Assembly: GCF_001194135.2 (NCBI RefSeq)
Contig: NC_068988.1
Location: 22,373,589-22,433,757, forward strand
Length of the DNA stretch: 60,169 nt
Direction: 5' to 3'
Source: Octopus bimaculoides
Taxonomy: Eukaryota
The translations under genes and the position numbers were made by a program. The number at the start of each line of letters is the position of its first letter. Position 1 is the first letter of the stretch. Under the pieces are notes generated by a model that did not search any database, was not told the origin of the DNA, and saw nothing but the letters and a program-made list of their open reading frames with translations. This document shows positions 27,184 to 41,440 of the stretch, piece by piece.

Positions 27184-27644
27184 TATTCAATACAAAATAT
27201 TTTTTTACTTGTAATCCTCAGGATAAAAAAATGTGCAATTTCAAAAACCTAGTGATTTTAAAGTCCTTAGTAATTTTCTTTCCCTATTTGTGACAACCAA
27301 GCATATACGGAAAACCTACTATTTATATCAGTAATTGGAGTCGTTATCGGCACAGTTAAGAAACTGTTAACGTATTCAACGCTGGCGTTATCAAAATAAC
27401 CAGAAATAATTATTTTAATTATTTCGTCTGTCATAATTCCCCGAGTAATTTAAACAACATTTTCTTTCTCACATTTCAAAGCTTTAAGCATTACTTATAT
27501 TAATTCTAATATGTCTGTTTATATAATTTCGATAATCTATATCATCAAACCTGATCGAAAAAGAACTGATAACTTTACAAGTTTACAAACCACATTAATA
27601 GATGGCGCCGCAGGCATACATTATTATAATAATTTCTAATATAA

Positions 27645-27832
27645 GTGCCAGGACACGAATTTGAGAAAGGGATTATTCGATTAATCTTCCCCAGTATTTG
27701 ATTGCTACGTTGTTTTATCGACTCTGCAAGGATAAAGAGAAAATTTGACCTCGCAGGTTAGAGATTCGGACTTATAACGGAAAGTGCATTACTTGAATAC
27801 TGCGAAGTATTTTGTCAAACTCTCTGCCAAAA
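27645..27832 (-). mobile_element. Decayed SINE family D
   Basis: ccccagtatttgattgctac..ttttatcgactctgcaaggataaaga..atttgacctcg matches the family D central domain. Confidence 0.55.
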
Positions 27833-27916
27833 CCCACCCTCACAGACACACACACACAGGCGCACATATACACACAGGAGCACACATACACACATATGCA
27901 CACACATACACACACA

Positions 27917-28128
27917 TGAGGTGGTGCTGAAAAGTTTGTGGCTTTGCATAAAAGAAAACAGAGGAGGTTCAGCTTATGATTTTAAGTAACATGTTCCTCT
28001 CTCTGATTCACACTTTTATTGCAGCAGTCCTTCAGTTTTTCTAAGCGCTGTAAAAGAACTCGGAAAGTTGGGCCTCCAGCCAGGCCATTCACGATACTGT
28101 TAAGGTCAGAAACTTTTCAGTATCTCCT
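27917..28128. mobile_element. Mariner-like MITE
   Basis: Imperfect TIRs gaggtggtgctgaaaagtttgtggctt and aaggtcagaaacttttcagtatctcc (reverse complement ggagatactgaaaagtttctgacctt), about 210 bp with no ORF. Confidence 0.65.
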
Positions 28129-28320
28129 TTGGCTAGAAACATGTCTGTGTGAACAATAAGTACGATTAGCACAACTGCCTTTCTTGCGTGATTCCGCCAT
28201 GTAAAACTCTGGAGACTTTTCTTTAGCAAAAACTACATATTCACTCCTCTTGAATATAATTTAGTACCGAACTCTGTAGAAGATCATACATAAATATATG
28301 CATTTGTGACTGTGCAAGTA

Positions 28321-28322
<2 letters not shown>

Positions 28323-28392
<70 letters not shown>

Positions 28393-28403
28393 CGTGTGTA
28401 TGT
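28323..28403. repeat. (TG)n microsatellite
   Basis: Directly visible. Confidence 0.97.
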
Positions 28404-30383
28404 GTTTGGTTGATAACTATAAACAAATGAAGGCATATCAAATACTACACAAAGTTAATGAGATGAATTCTAATCTTATTGAAATATATCCCTCCGTAGA
28501 ACGAGTAAATTCAGTTGCACTAATTTCTTTTCAGAATTTTACAATTATTGGTAAATAGTTTCACTTACAAGATTTATTCTACATATTAGCGGATATATAA
28601 ACAGTGATATTGAGAAAGTTATGTGGTTCTGACTACGCCGAAGCTGAAGAGAAACAATTTGATGACATCAACCAATCATCTCTTAATGGATTCAAATATT
28701 TTCTCTTGAGATTTTAGCACTAAAATTACTTAGGAATAACATTTCAAATATGTTATTATGTATCGAATCAATTAAGTTCTATAATTTATGGTGCCTAATG
28801 CACACTTACCACTTTTACTTTACTGTGTCAAACGGTGAATTAAAATTTGTGAACATTTTGGCTTGCGTTGTATATTCTTAAATTATAATAATACACAGAG
28901 CTGGATATAAAAATGCCTTAGCACATATAGTCACATTATACCAGAGACAAATTTCTTTTCCATTATCTATTTGAAGAAGAGCTCCTTTAAAGTATGTGTG
29001 TGTGTGTGTGTGTGTGCATATGAATGATGCGATGCACGTGTAAGCCGTATTATGAGGTTTTATATATAAAATGATATTGTCATGTGTTCTGTATCCAGTT
29101 TGTCATTTCACCTATCGTCAGAGCTTAACGTACCACGTTAACTGTGCATATTATTAGAGTTTTGAAGTCAATTAAATCGAATAGAGTTACAACTCATAGA
29201 CTTCTCTTTATCGAGCAAGGACGGACTAACCGCAAAGTTGACCCAGCAGGGATTTCAACATCGAAAACAAACAATGAATTTCGAAATAAGTTTTTGTTTG
29301 AGATACATACGATTCATCTAAACATTAATAGATAAGAAGACAAAGAGAAAAAAAAGAAAAACATCAAGTGATATGTAACATCGTATGGACATAAATAGAG
29401 GCACATTATACATAAAAATATAAATGGCTTCGCAATCAATTTTACAAAATTCTATTGCAGTTGTTTACCGAATTACAGCACAAAGTTGCTCTTGATGTAG
29501 AACAGTATGAAGTTTGAGTATTCTGTGTATTCTGCCAACAAATTTTTCACCCAGTTTATGTCTCAAAATTTTTATCATAACGTATACATACATACATGAT
29601 AGTTCCAACTTGAAATCACTTGATTGTTCACTTGCATATGCGCAGCACATATGTTGTCTTGGGGACCAACATTCTATTGAACAGATGAGCAACGCTGGTT
29701 ACCTCTTTCAGCAGATATCACGAGAGCTTAACTACCACGCTCACAAATACCTTAATTCCATCATGCATACATGCATACATATATACATAGAGGTATATTT
29801 GTGTACAAGTGTCTCTATGTATATATGTATACATTCATACACTTAGGAAGGAAATAAAACTTCATAATATCAAACATTTTAAATCACAGTTGCTTGAAAT
29901 CAGCGCTGTCCTTCGATAGATCCCATTCTTTTTTTCGTTTGTTTTATTATTTCAACGGTAGTATTGCACAATTCACTGTCACATGTTGCAATAAGTGTCC
30001 AATCTAGAAACTTATATAAGTCAACGACTCATATTGTTTTCATTCAATACTCTATTCGGTTCAATAAATCATGTACACATATAGGTCAGAATTTGCGCAA
30101 TTGATTCAGCTATACGAGCCTTGTGAAAACATTCATTTGAAAGGGAATTTGAAATGAGTAAAGCCAAACTTTGTCCAGTCAATAATAATCTTATGACGGA
30201 CCTAACTCAATGTCCGCAACCAACACGAAACACTCATTAGTTAGGTTTATTAGTGTGGCTTTGTGTTTACTGCTTTTAACTATTCACATAAAAAAATAGG
30301 AATTAGTGCCCTTACTAAAACAGCGGTTCTGAGATTTGTTTATGAGAAGGTTGCCTGCATAGCAGTGGATTTCTCTTAAAACT

Positions 30384-30387
<4 letters not shown>

Positions 30388-30476
<89 letters not shown>

Positions 30477-30536
30477 TGTGCGTGCGTGCGTGCGTGTGTG
30501 TGTGTGCGTGTGTATGTGTGTGTGGGCGCGTGTGTA

Positions 30537-30568
<32 letters not shown>

Positions 30569-30585
30569 CGTACATGCGTGTGCGT
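30388..30585. repeat. (TG)n/(TGCG)n microsatellite
   Basis: Directly visible. A similar tract occurs at 31390-31502. Confidence 0.97.
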
Positions 30586-31243
30586 AGGTGCTAGTGCCAC
30601 TGTTGGTATTTTGAAACATACTCGCATTTTCATAAATTAACATTCAGAAATGTAGCGCATTGAAACGATGGCAACTCCATAAGGGTACAGGAAAAGAATT
30701 CGGAATTTAGTTCGGGCAAATGGAGGAATATAAAGAGGTGTTATAGTACAAAGATAAAAATCTTTTATTGGAGGTAGTTCTTCAAAAAATCACAGACAGA
30801 CAATTTTTTAGGAATAAAGGATAGAAAAAAAAATTGCATTTTAATACACGTCACTTTGTTAAATTATATCATTGTACTTCTTGCTCTCCTTCTCTCTCGC
30901 TCTCCTTTCTTTCTATCAGCTTTAAACACGTGTAGACAACTCGTGTTATTCTCTTCCCTCAAATAGAAAACGGTTTTTGAATTTACGTTTCTTTAAAGTT
31001 CTACCGTGAAAGGTTTTAGAATCCCACGTTTTGCAGGCTTAAGCAATGATGTAGATACATACACGCCCACATACATACAAACATACATACATACATACAT
31101 ACATACATACATACACACATACGTGCATGCAATCACTTACATTCACGCACATAATATATACGCACACACATACATATATATACGCATATACATATGCATG
31201 TATATTTGTCTATGTATATATGTGTATATATATATAAATAAAT

Positions 31244-31274
<31 letters not shown>

Positions 31275-31387
31275 GTATATGTATGAATATAATATATATA
31301 GACATATATTTACATATACATACGTATATATAGAGAACAGACGTGTGTATATGCGTGAATGCATACATGTGTTTCTGTGCGCGTGTA

Positions 31388-31502
<115 letters not shown>

Positions 31503-31699
31503 ATGTCTTGAACATAAAACACGTGAAAGAAATACATCATGCTGAAGCTGACAGCATGCAAGCCTTTAAGATCCAATTCAGTATGTTTTGCACCATGCGT
31601 GTCAATAAATTATTTTAACATATACAGTTTGTTTTCGTACTTAATGAACCGAGACTTAAGTAAACCATGTGGCATGAACCTCGAGATTCGCCGGCGCCG

Positions 31700-31711
31700 C
31701 AGACGCCGCCA

Positions 31712-31744
<33 letters not shown>

Positions 31745-31860
31745 TCGTTGTTGTTGTTGTTTTTGTTATTATTGCTGTTGTTTCATTTATGTTATTAATA
31801 TCATCCTCATCATCATCGTCGTCGCCGTCGTAATCGTCATCGCTATCATCATCATCATCG

Positions 31861-31899
<39 letters not shown>

Positions 31900-31902
31900 C
31901 CG

Positions 31903-31937
<35 letters not shown>

Positions 31938-31953
31938 TTCGTCGTCGTCGTCG

Positions 31954-31986
<33 letters not shown>

Positions 31987-32062
31987 ATTTTCTCCTCCTC
32001 CACCACCTCCTCCTTCTCCTCCACCACCTCCTCCTTCCCCTCTTCTTCGTCCTCCTCCATCA
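31700..32062. repeat. Compound (CGT)n/(CAT)n/(CTC)n trinucleotide tract
   Basis: Directly visible. It is the source of the poly-D, poly-I and poly-M ORFs. Confidence 0.95.
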
Positions 32063-33084
32063 TCAAAACCATTACAATCCTTATTTTTACGTTTGATCAG
32101 CAAGGGTCTTTCGCATGTTGTAAAACGCGTTTCTATACCTCTTCCGTTGGACGTTGGAATCTTTTGATATAGTTGTTATTTTTGCACTTGTTTATGAAGA
32201 AGCTGCCGTCAGCCTGCCCCCACCCCGTCACTCCAGCTGCTGCTACTGGTGATGGTAATGATTATTATGATGCTGATGCTGATGACCATGATATTGATGA
32301 TGGTTTTGTTGTCATCGCTTCTTTAGTGGAGGTCAATTTTAATTGAGCAAATATATTCACCGGAGTTCCAATCATGACTGTCTATACTATTTTCCCTATT
32401 TTAAGGATAATTTATTTTCTTGTATGTATTATTTTTGTTCTTATATCCTTCCTCTATTTTATCCAATATGAATAATTGCTTAAGGATTTGATTTGTGTTT
32501 GGAAAAACAAAAATGTTATTCATCTTCTATTTCTATGAACTACGTAGAATCCGTGGCGTTAGTTTGGTTGCTTAGTTGTATAAAACATTTGCATGAGAAC
32601 GAGGTCTTACAGATAAATGTTGAAAAATATACATTTTTTAACATGTAGCACAGACCCGTGCTACCTGAACAGACATGATCAAAGATGTTCTAGCCAAGGA
32701 AACTGTGTCATTTTATTATACATAGTATTATCTATGATTATATAACTAATTCTTTTGAAACAGAAGCGCTTAATTTGCGTGATTTCTAATTCATGCTAAT
32801 TAGACGATTGCGTAGCGATTTCAAAGTTGGCTCGACTCTTGTCCGCTTAAGATAGCTGTCTAGTGAGAGGTCACCAAAATATTTGTGGTTATGGTGACAC
32901 TTTGTCCGTAATCTAAATCTAATTGAATTTGCTTTCAAAGATGCTAAAATGATTCGAAAGATTCAGTAACACATACCAACATCATTAGTACACCAGTACA
33001 GCAATAACAACGAGATATATTGCTAATATCCACGAGTACAATACCAACAAATCAAAGAGAAAGAACATCTTTCTACGATAGGGA

Positions 33085-33212
33085 AAGGACCTAAATTTGT
33101 TTTTGGAAGGTAGACTAGTCAATTACATCGACCCCAGTGCACAACTGGTACATATTTTATCGACCCAGAGAGGATGAAAGTCAAAGTTTTTTCTCGGCGG
33201 GATTTGAACTCA
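33085..33212 (-). mobile_element. SINE family D, internal fragment
   Basis: tacatcgaccccagtgcacaactggtacatattttatcgacccagagaggatgaaag..ctcggcgggatttgaactc. Confidence 0.75.
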
Positions 33213-33284
33213 ATACCTCCAAAATTTTGGATAGTAAAGGATTGCTGCTTTTCAGAAGTGTCTAATTTTCAGAGATAAATAAGT

Positions 33285-33347
33285 GTGCTCCAGCATGGCC
33301 ACAGTCAAATGACTGAAACAAGTAAAAGATTAAAAGAGTAAAAAGAG
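33285..33347 (+). mobile_element. SINE family B, 3' tail fragment
   Basis: gtgctccagcatggccacagtcaaatgactgaaacaagtaaaagattaaaagag is near-identical to 44408-44469. Confidence 0.85.
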
Positions 33348-33383
33348 AGTTACTGCTACTACTGTTTGTAGTAGTATTAGTAT

Positions 33384-33414
<31 letters not shown>

Positions 33415-33653
33415 TGTAGTAGTAGTAGTAGTAGTAGTTGTATCCATGGGAATTTGTAATCCCATATTTCAATGCACTTAGGTCCTTATCTTGAAAAAGA
33501 AAAAAAAATGCACCGGGTAGGAGTTCATAGCTTATTTCGAAACACGTTCACGTTTAAGTAATATATTTTGCATATCGTGAAATATTTGGTCAAGCAATGT
33601 TACTAGTAGACAGTATGCCTTAATCGAAGCAGGACGTATTACTGATGCTGTTT

Positions 33654-34003
33654 GGAGGCGCAATGGACCAGTGGTTAGGGCAGCGGACTCGCGGCCGTTG
33701 GATGGGGTTTCGATTCCCAGACCGGGCGTTCTGAATGTTTATTGAGCAAAAACACCTGAAGATTCACGAGGCTCCGGCAGGGACTCGTGGCGAACCCTGC
33801 TGTACTCTTTCCCCACACTTTCTCTCACTATTTCTTCCTGTTTCTGTTGTACTTGTATTTCAAAGGATCAGCCTTGTTACAGTCTGTCACACTAAATCAC
33901 GTACCTGTGGAGTGCTCAACTACTTGCGTGTTAATTTCACGAGCAGGATGTCCCATTGATCGGATCGACTGGAAACTTCGTCGTTGTAACCGACGGAGCG
34001 CCA
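33654..34003 (+). mobile_element. SINE family A with an internal deletion
   Basis: Head ggaggcgcaatggaccagtggttagggcagcggactc and tail cgtcgttgtaaccgacggagcgcca. It lacks the gagaactacgttaagggtacac segment seen in the 12262 copy. Confidence 0.9.
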
Positions 34004-34520
34004 CGACTGAGGCTTTGCTAACTATATTTGATTCATGCAGGTTTATGTGAAACTATGATGAAGGATTTTGCTCTATCGTTCGGAGAGAGTTCACGCGTGT
34101 AACCATCCATAGGGAAACATCTACTTACACAGTTATTTAATAAGAGAGATGGTGAAGAACTTGAGGTTCTCTTAGCAATGGGATGAAAGGTATTGAAATG
34201 GTTGAGAGCGAAGAATTGAGACGGACAGGTGGGTGGACAGAGACAAATTTGAATTGCTATAAACTTTATGAAAAATGATAAAAGAGTGGAAAATATTGCA
34301 TATAAGAATGGTTCACCAATTAGATTCCGTCTATAGTAGACTACGTGCTTTTGTGTTGGTGGCAAACAAGATATATGGTGTGTCTCAGGATATTAGCGTT
34401 TCTACTATTTAGATTTTTACCTGATATTAATGAATACATATGTATATGTTATTACACATTGATAAAGAACCTCGGCACTCTATGTAAGTTCCTTTTTATC
34501 TTGTGAAACAAATCTTCAGA

Positions 34521-34606
34521 TGTAAACCGACAATTGGCATTGTAAACCGACAATTGGCATTGTAAACCGACAATTGGCATTGTAAACCGACAATTGGCAT
34601 TGTAAA
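34521..34606. repeat. Minisatellite, four perfect copies of the 20-bp unit TGTAAACCGACAATTGGCAT plus 6 bp
   Basis: Units start at 34521, 34541, 34561 and 34581, with no spacers. Confidence 0.97.
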
Positions 34607-34740
34607 GCCACCGCCTTACAATGCTATGGTCAAGTATGCAATGGAAGACAGTGGTAGATGAACACCCATGGCATTATGACAGACAACATAAGAGAACACG
34701 ATAGGTGATGTGATTGTTAACATATCCAACACACGGCAAG

Positions 34741-35104
34741 TTGATGATGATGATGATGATGATGAGGATGAGGATGATGATGATGATGACGACGACGAGA
34801 ATGACGATAAACGTACTATCATTCAATGCCTTTGTAATTAATTCTTCTTCCCCTCTTCCTCCTCTTTTTCTTCTTCTCCATCTTATTTTTCGCTTTCCTC
34901 TTCTTCCATCACTTAATTCTTCCTCCATCTCCTACTTCTTCCTTCATCTCCTCCTACTTCTCCTCCTCCTCCTCCTGCTCGTTCTTCCTCTCCTCCCCCA
35001 CTTCTCCCCCTCCTCTTACGTCTTCCTACCCTCTTCCCCCTCCTCTTCTTATCATCATCATCGTCGTCATCATCATTATATCCATCATCATCATCATCAT
35101 CATG

Positions 35105-35159
<55 letters not shown>

Positions 35160-35175
35160 TCATCATCATCATCAT
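34741..35175. repeat. Compound (GAT)n, pyrimidine-rich, (CAT)n and (TAT)n tract
   Basis: Directly visible. Confidence 0.93.
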
Positions 35176-35759
35176 CGTTCTATATGTTTCATGAGTGTCT
35201 TTCTATTGATGTTCTCCGCATTGTTGTCTTCTGCATCTGATTGTTTTTGTTGCTTCAGGTTACTCATTGATGTTTCTTACGATTGAAACTAATATAGAGT
35301 CTACCATTGTCTAGGTATCTCTGTATTTGCAGAATTTATACACGCATATGCCTACATACACCCTCATATACACACTAACGCACCCATACAACTACCAGCA
35401 AATATCACATAATAATATACACACACATACACACACGCGCATACATGTGGATATTTATTCGTATGTATATTTGAACTTCTTGTAGTTAACTATCATAAAA
35501 GGGACTCGAGAATTTAATATGCCGACAGTTAAATTTTAAATATTAAACAATATTGCTACAAACAGCAGTAAGTTTCCATCTTGTGTTTGCAGAATTGTGT
35601 TAGATTAACGGTGGACAATTTTTGAGGTGGTGTCAGAAGTGATGAAGTTGAAAGTGGAGAAGAAGAAGAATTTGGTTTGAGAAGTGGATTTTGTTCTTTG
35701 TCAATTATGTTTAAATTTTATTCGGATTTATGGTGAAAAACCTAATGCAATCGGAATAG

Positions 35760-36097
35760 GAAGAAACATGAAGGAAAAAAAAGGAATTGAAGAAAAATGA
35801 AGAAGGAGACGACGGAAAAGAAGTAGAAGATCGGAAAGATAACGAAGAGGAATAGGAAGAGAGAGAAAAAGAAGAAGAAGAAGAAGAAGAAGAAGAAGAA
35901 GAAGAAGAAGAAGAAAAAGAAGAAGAAGAAGAAGAAAAAGAAGAAGAAAGAGAAAAAGAAGAAGGAGAATGAGGAGGGGTGGTGGAGGGGGAGGAGTAGG
36001 TGGAGGAGTAGCAGGTGAAAAAGAAGAGGAAGTGGAAGAAAAAGGAGGAGGAGGAGGAGGAAGTTGAAGAGAAGAAGAAGAAGAAGAAGAAGAAGAT
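35760..36097. repeat. Polypurine (GAA)n/(GGA)n tract
   Basis: Directly visible. Confidence 0.93.
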
Positions 36098-36179
36098 CAA
36101 ATGGTTTAAGGGCTTAATGTGGTAAAGAACGGGTCCGTTCGTGCTACAGATCATGATGGGAGGGATAACTTCCCTTGGC

Positions 36180-36294
36180 AAACAGGACACAGTAGTGTGT
36201 CGATAAGCCAGCTGGAGGAGATGCCCTCCTGGGGCTAAAGCAACAGTAACATCCACCCCTAGGGGTCAGCCACACTTAAGTGGCAATATACTTC
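36180..36294. repeat. Interspersed repeat family F, copy 2
   Basis: Homologous to 14444-14560 and also preceded by a purine-rich tract. Confidence 0.85.
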
Positions 36295-37508
36295 ACTATA
36301 TATATANNNNNNNNNNNNNNNNNNNNNNNNNNNNNNNNNNNNNNNNNNNNNNNNNNNNNNNNNNNNNNNNNNNNNNNNNNNNNNNNNNNNNNNNNNNNNN
36401 NNNNNNNNNNNNNNNNNNNNNNNNNNNNNNNNNNNNNNNNNNNNNNNNNNNNNNNNNNNNNNNNNNNNNNNNNNNNNNNNNNNNNNNNNNNNNNNNNNNN
36501 NNNNNNNNNNNNNNNNNNNNNNNNNNNNNNNNNNNNNNNNNNNNNNNNNNNNNNNNNNNNNNNNNNNNNNNNNNNNNNNNNNNNNNNNNNNNNNNNNNNN
36601 NNNNNNNNNNNNNNNNNNNNNNNNNNNNNNNNNNNNNNNNNNNNNNNNNNNNNNNNNNNNNNNNNNNNNNNNNNNNNNNNNNNNNNNNNNNNNNNNNNNN
36701 NNNNNNNNNNNNNNNNNNNNNNNNNNNNNNNNNNNNNNNNNNNNNNNNNNNNNNNNNNNNNNNNNNNNNNNNNNNNNNNNNNNNNNNNNNNNNNNNNNNN
36801 NNNNNNNNNNNNNNNNNNNNNNNNNNNNNNNNNNNNNNNNNNNNNNNNNNNNNNNNNNNNNNNNNNNNNNNNNNNNNNNNNNNNNNNNNNNNNNNNNNNN
36901 NNNNNNNNNNNNNNNNNNNNNNNNNNNNNNNNNNNNNNNNNNNNNNNNNNNNNNNNNNNNNNNNNNNNNNNNNNNNNNNNNNNNNNNNNNNNNNNNNNNN
37001 NNNNNNNNNNNNNNNNNNNNNNNNNNNNNNNNNNNNNNNNNNNNNNNNNNNNNNNNNNNNNNNNNNNNNNNNNNNNNNNNNNNNNNNNNNNNNNNNNNNN
37101 NNNNNNNNNNNNNNNNNNNNNNNNNNNNNNNNNNNNNNNNNNNNNNNNNNNNNNNNNNNNNNNNNNNNNNNNNNNNNNNNNNNNNNNNNNNNNNNNNNNN
37201 NNNNNNNNNNNNNNNNNNNNNNNNNNNNNNNNNNNNNNNNNNNNNNNNNNNNNNNNNNNNNNNATATATATATATATATATATACGTTTAAATTAATGAG
37301 CATATGTGCATGTATGTATATATAAATATTATTATTTATATCTATCTAACCTATCTAACCATACACACATATTCACACACACACATATATATATACGCAT
37401 GTATGTGCGAATGTTTCAGTGATTATATGATTGTGTTGTTACACATGTCTATGCTATTTTCTCTGACATTTTGCAAGAGAACTCTACGCGTCTCTGGAAG
37501 GATATCTA

Positions 37509-37540
<32 letters not shown>

Positions 37541-37551
37541 TATCTCTCTAC

Positions 37552-37615
<64 letters not shown>

Positions 37616-37902
37616 ATATCTATCTATCTATCTACCTATCTATCTAATTATGTATGCATGTATCATATATCTATGTACGTATGTATGTATATATCAATGT
37701 ATGCATGTATGTATGTTTGTATGTATGTACGTATGTATGTATGTATGTTTGCATAGAATACACCTGTTCGTGTATGTGCGCGCATTTGTGTCTGCGTATT
37801 TGAAGAAGATGCGTGAAACGCCCCATCGTATTTACTTCATCAATACATATTTCCATTCAATTTGTCAATAAACGGAAACCAATATTAATAATACTGCTGC
37901 AA

Positions 37903-37946
<44 letters not shown>

Positions 37947-40355
37947 TACTACTACTACTCAAACGACAGCAATAAAGACGAAGAAAATATCTACAACTAC
38001 AACAATAATGCTGGTGATAATGCTAATTATTATCAAATTTCTGCACAAGGCCAGCAATTTGATGGGAGTGGGTAAGTAGATTGCAGGATAATAAATATAA
38101 GCCCCAATACTCGGTATTCACCTCGTATTGCCGTATATTGTTAAAAGCACAAAGCATGAGGAGCACATGAAAGCAGTTCAGCAGCATGGGTGAAATTGCT
38201 GAATCATGTGGTTTCTGCGTATTTGTGCGTCATCAGTAGCAAGTATTATCAATCAGCTTCATTCTTAAACGGGTTTCACTCGCGCTGGTATGAAGGAAGA
38301 CAATGATAAATGAGTCACTTGTATCACAAGTAGCTGGTAGACTTGGTAAATTTTGTTATTAACGACGTGACGTAAGTAATATTAGAACCGAATAGCAATC
38401 TGTATATTTACTAACATGGACATCCTCAAATAAATCCAGAATACTTTGGTATTCGTCTTGAGAAAGTATCTCGTGGAGACATATAAAAAGTACAGCAATT
38501 ACATCGCCGTCGTTGAACAGTTTTTGTCTGTTACTGGTACTAATAAATGAAGGTTTTGTTTAGATCTAAAAGCACTTAATATTCTACTAAACTCTACATC
38601 TGAATTTTTTAGTGAATGTAAGCGTCTGGAAATTTTTTTTCTTTATTGAATTGGAAACATGCCACCCTCTCCGGTTTAAGCATTGCAATCTATTTGACCT
38701 TCACTCTCCTTGCAATTAATTTGCACCAGCCATAATGATTCTGATTTGGACTGGCCAAAAATCTTAATTTTCTTTTTTCTTTATTTCATTTCTCGTTTTT
38801 CTATTAAATTCCATTCATCCTTTCTTGTCTTTTCTTAATGAGCAGCGTCCTTTGTAATTTTCTTCACAGATCATCTTTCTGCATCATTTTTATGTGTATC
38901 TATGGTTGTTCTTTTTGAAGAATCTTTTATTTATTTATAAGAGATTTCCATTAAAGGCATGGGACACTTTATAAGTGTCCAAATTACTAATGGTTAAGAA
39001 ATGGCGTAATTTCAAGCAGGGTATTTAAAAGTATTGTTTCCGAGTTGAATGTTATTTTAAAATGATTTGTGACGAAAGCCATGTATGCCTCGTTATGTTT
39101 AAAGACGTTACAGTAGACTATTTTTATTATATTCTTGAAAGGTAGACAGGCTCAAAGACAAACTCTTATTTTGGGTATTTCTTGGTTATTGCAATATAGT
39201 TCTTAATTCTTTCAAAGGATTGAGGATTCGTATTAAACTTAGGAGACCGTCGTCACGATATAACACCCCCACCGCCCAACCGTCGAAAAATTAATTTAAG
39301 GTAGTTAAGGAGCTACAGACCGACGAGTTCGTTCACTAATACTAGATAGGGAGCGACTAAGCTGCCGCTGCATGGCGATCTGTATGTTTTCACGTAATCC
39401 ATAATGATCCGTCAAAGTTGATTAGTGACATTCTAACATTCCTATAAATAAATCCCGCAAGTATTTGAATATGTAGATTGCTTAGCTTTTGTCAAGACTC
39501 GTGCTTTAATTGAGATATACTAGATAACAGGAAACTGGTATTGTTTGTCAGTTTCTAGTATATTTTCAATCATTTAGATATGTGAGTTTCTAGATGTGGG
39601 TTGTGGTTTTGTGTAATATCTCTTTGCTAATTTAACCGTTGAAAGATTGGCTTGAAAGTAACACACAAGGGTTACCTTGTCATGAGTGTAACCCTCATGG
39701 TTACTGAACGTTAACTGCGGTTACTTGGAGTGGGGTATGGGTGTCAAGATTTCTGTTCTATCAAGCGTGCCAAACTGCATATTTATTTCAGCACCGACGT
39801 TAATTTACTGTTCAAAGTGGTTTATCCTCCATTGTGTTGTTAGTTTGGTGTTATGCCCATTAAGATATTAAAAAGAAAACTATTTTGTGATGACTACTTA
39901 ATATCAAATACTAGATCCATTTATACGTGAATTTTTTAAAGCTTCGAACCTTGTTGTTCGAGTACGGACTTCGTGTTGGAACACATTTGCTCTATTCTTA
40001 AAATTGATGCTGTTGATTAGGTTAAACAACTCATCCTAGCCGTTGATTAGAAGCTGATTCTGCAGTGGATATTCTATGATCTGAACCCAAATTCATCATC
40101 AAATTATCAAATGATTTCTTTGATCTATACCTTCACTCAAAATGGGGAAACCATGATGTTATTAGAAGGGATGAGGATAATGTAATTTACTGATATCTTT
40201 ACTATTGTCTTTTATTATAATAATAATAATGATGATGATGATGATGATAATAATAATAATGATAATAATATTTGCTGTTGTAGTTATTGCCATTGTATTA
40301 ACATTGCTAGAATCATCATAGCGGTCATTCACGTAATCACGAATTNNNNNNNNNN

Positions 40356-40402
<47 letters not shown>

Positions 40403-41440
40403 ATATACATATATGTATATATGTATGTATGTATTCAGAGAGGGGGGGGGGAGAAAGAGAAAGAGAGAGAGAGTGAGAAGTGTTCATGTGTTATATTTAT
40501 TACTAATATTATCAAAGCTCATAATTTTTGGAACACAATGCTCTGTATCTGTGTTACTGTCGTTGAGAGGTTTGCTATTATTGTTGTCATCAATATCATC
40601 ATTTCTATTACAATCGCTCTTGTTATTGATTCCTATCTGTGATCCTTCGATACATCCCTTACAACAGTGACAGAGATAGCTAACTAATAATCATCATCAT
40701 CCTCGTCCTCCTTCTCGTCCTCCTCCTTCTCCTCCTCGTCCTCCTCCTTCTCCTCCTCGTCCTTCTCTTCCCCGTCCTCCCCGTCCGCCTCCTTCTCCTC
40801 TTCGTCCACCCCCTTCTCCTCCTCGTCCTCCTCCTTCTCCTCCTCGTCCTCTCCTCCTCCTCATCATCAATGTTGTCGCCGTCGCCGTCGTTCCTGTGAT
40901 CATCACTACATACATGTGTTAAAATCTTCTACAAATAAGAAAAAAAGAAAAAAGAAAGAAAACGGTTATAACTATGGAACACATGTGAAGACAAAATTTA
41001 AAACTTCATTATAATGAAGAACGCTACACAGCTCAATAAATGTATTTACAGATAAGAAATTAGAAAAGAGAATATTCATAAAGCATTGAATATGTCTTGA
41101 TCCATTTGATTTTAATTCTTATCAATTTTATAAGTACTCGACAATATGTGATCCAAATGACTAGAATATGTAACAGTATACAATACCAGTATTAATTTTT
41201 TCTAAAAGAACAAAGATATGTTTCATGACAGAATAAATAATCCTTACCTATGTCCGTATATTTCATGATGAAAAAATGATCAGTAAAATAATATTCAATG
41301 TTAGAGAACATCTATCGACGGCAAATTTCAAAGCTACGAATTGCGTTTCAAACTAAAAAGGAAGCCTGCTCAACATATTTGTTACGCTTTGTATTAGCTC
41401 CAAGTCAGTTCTTCTGAAATTCGCCTATGATCAAAAGTTC

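Noticed and set aside
34521-34606. CRISPR-like direct repeats
   Set aside because: The units are contiguous with no spacers, there are no cas genes, and the context is eukaryotic.
36180-36294. HDV-like ribozyme assignment for family F
   Set aside because: There is no CC/GG P1.1 pairing, the J4/2-equivalent is too long and the P3 is too short. It is kept only as an unassigned structure candidate.
38160-39000. A-rich minus strand with EIKK...FW resembling a LINE ORF2 linker
   Set aside because: I could not recover ordered RT motifs, so the evidence is too weak without a search.
41248-41352. Minus-strand exon candidate with a good acceptor and an AG|GTAAGG donor
   Set aside because: All three frames contain stops. 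A start-codon exon (MKYTDI) is possible, but I found no credible downstream partner exon.
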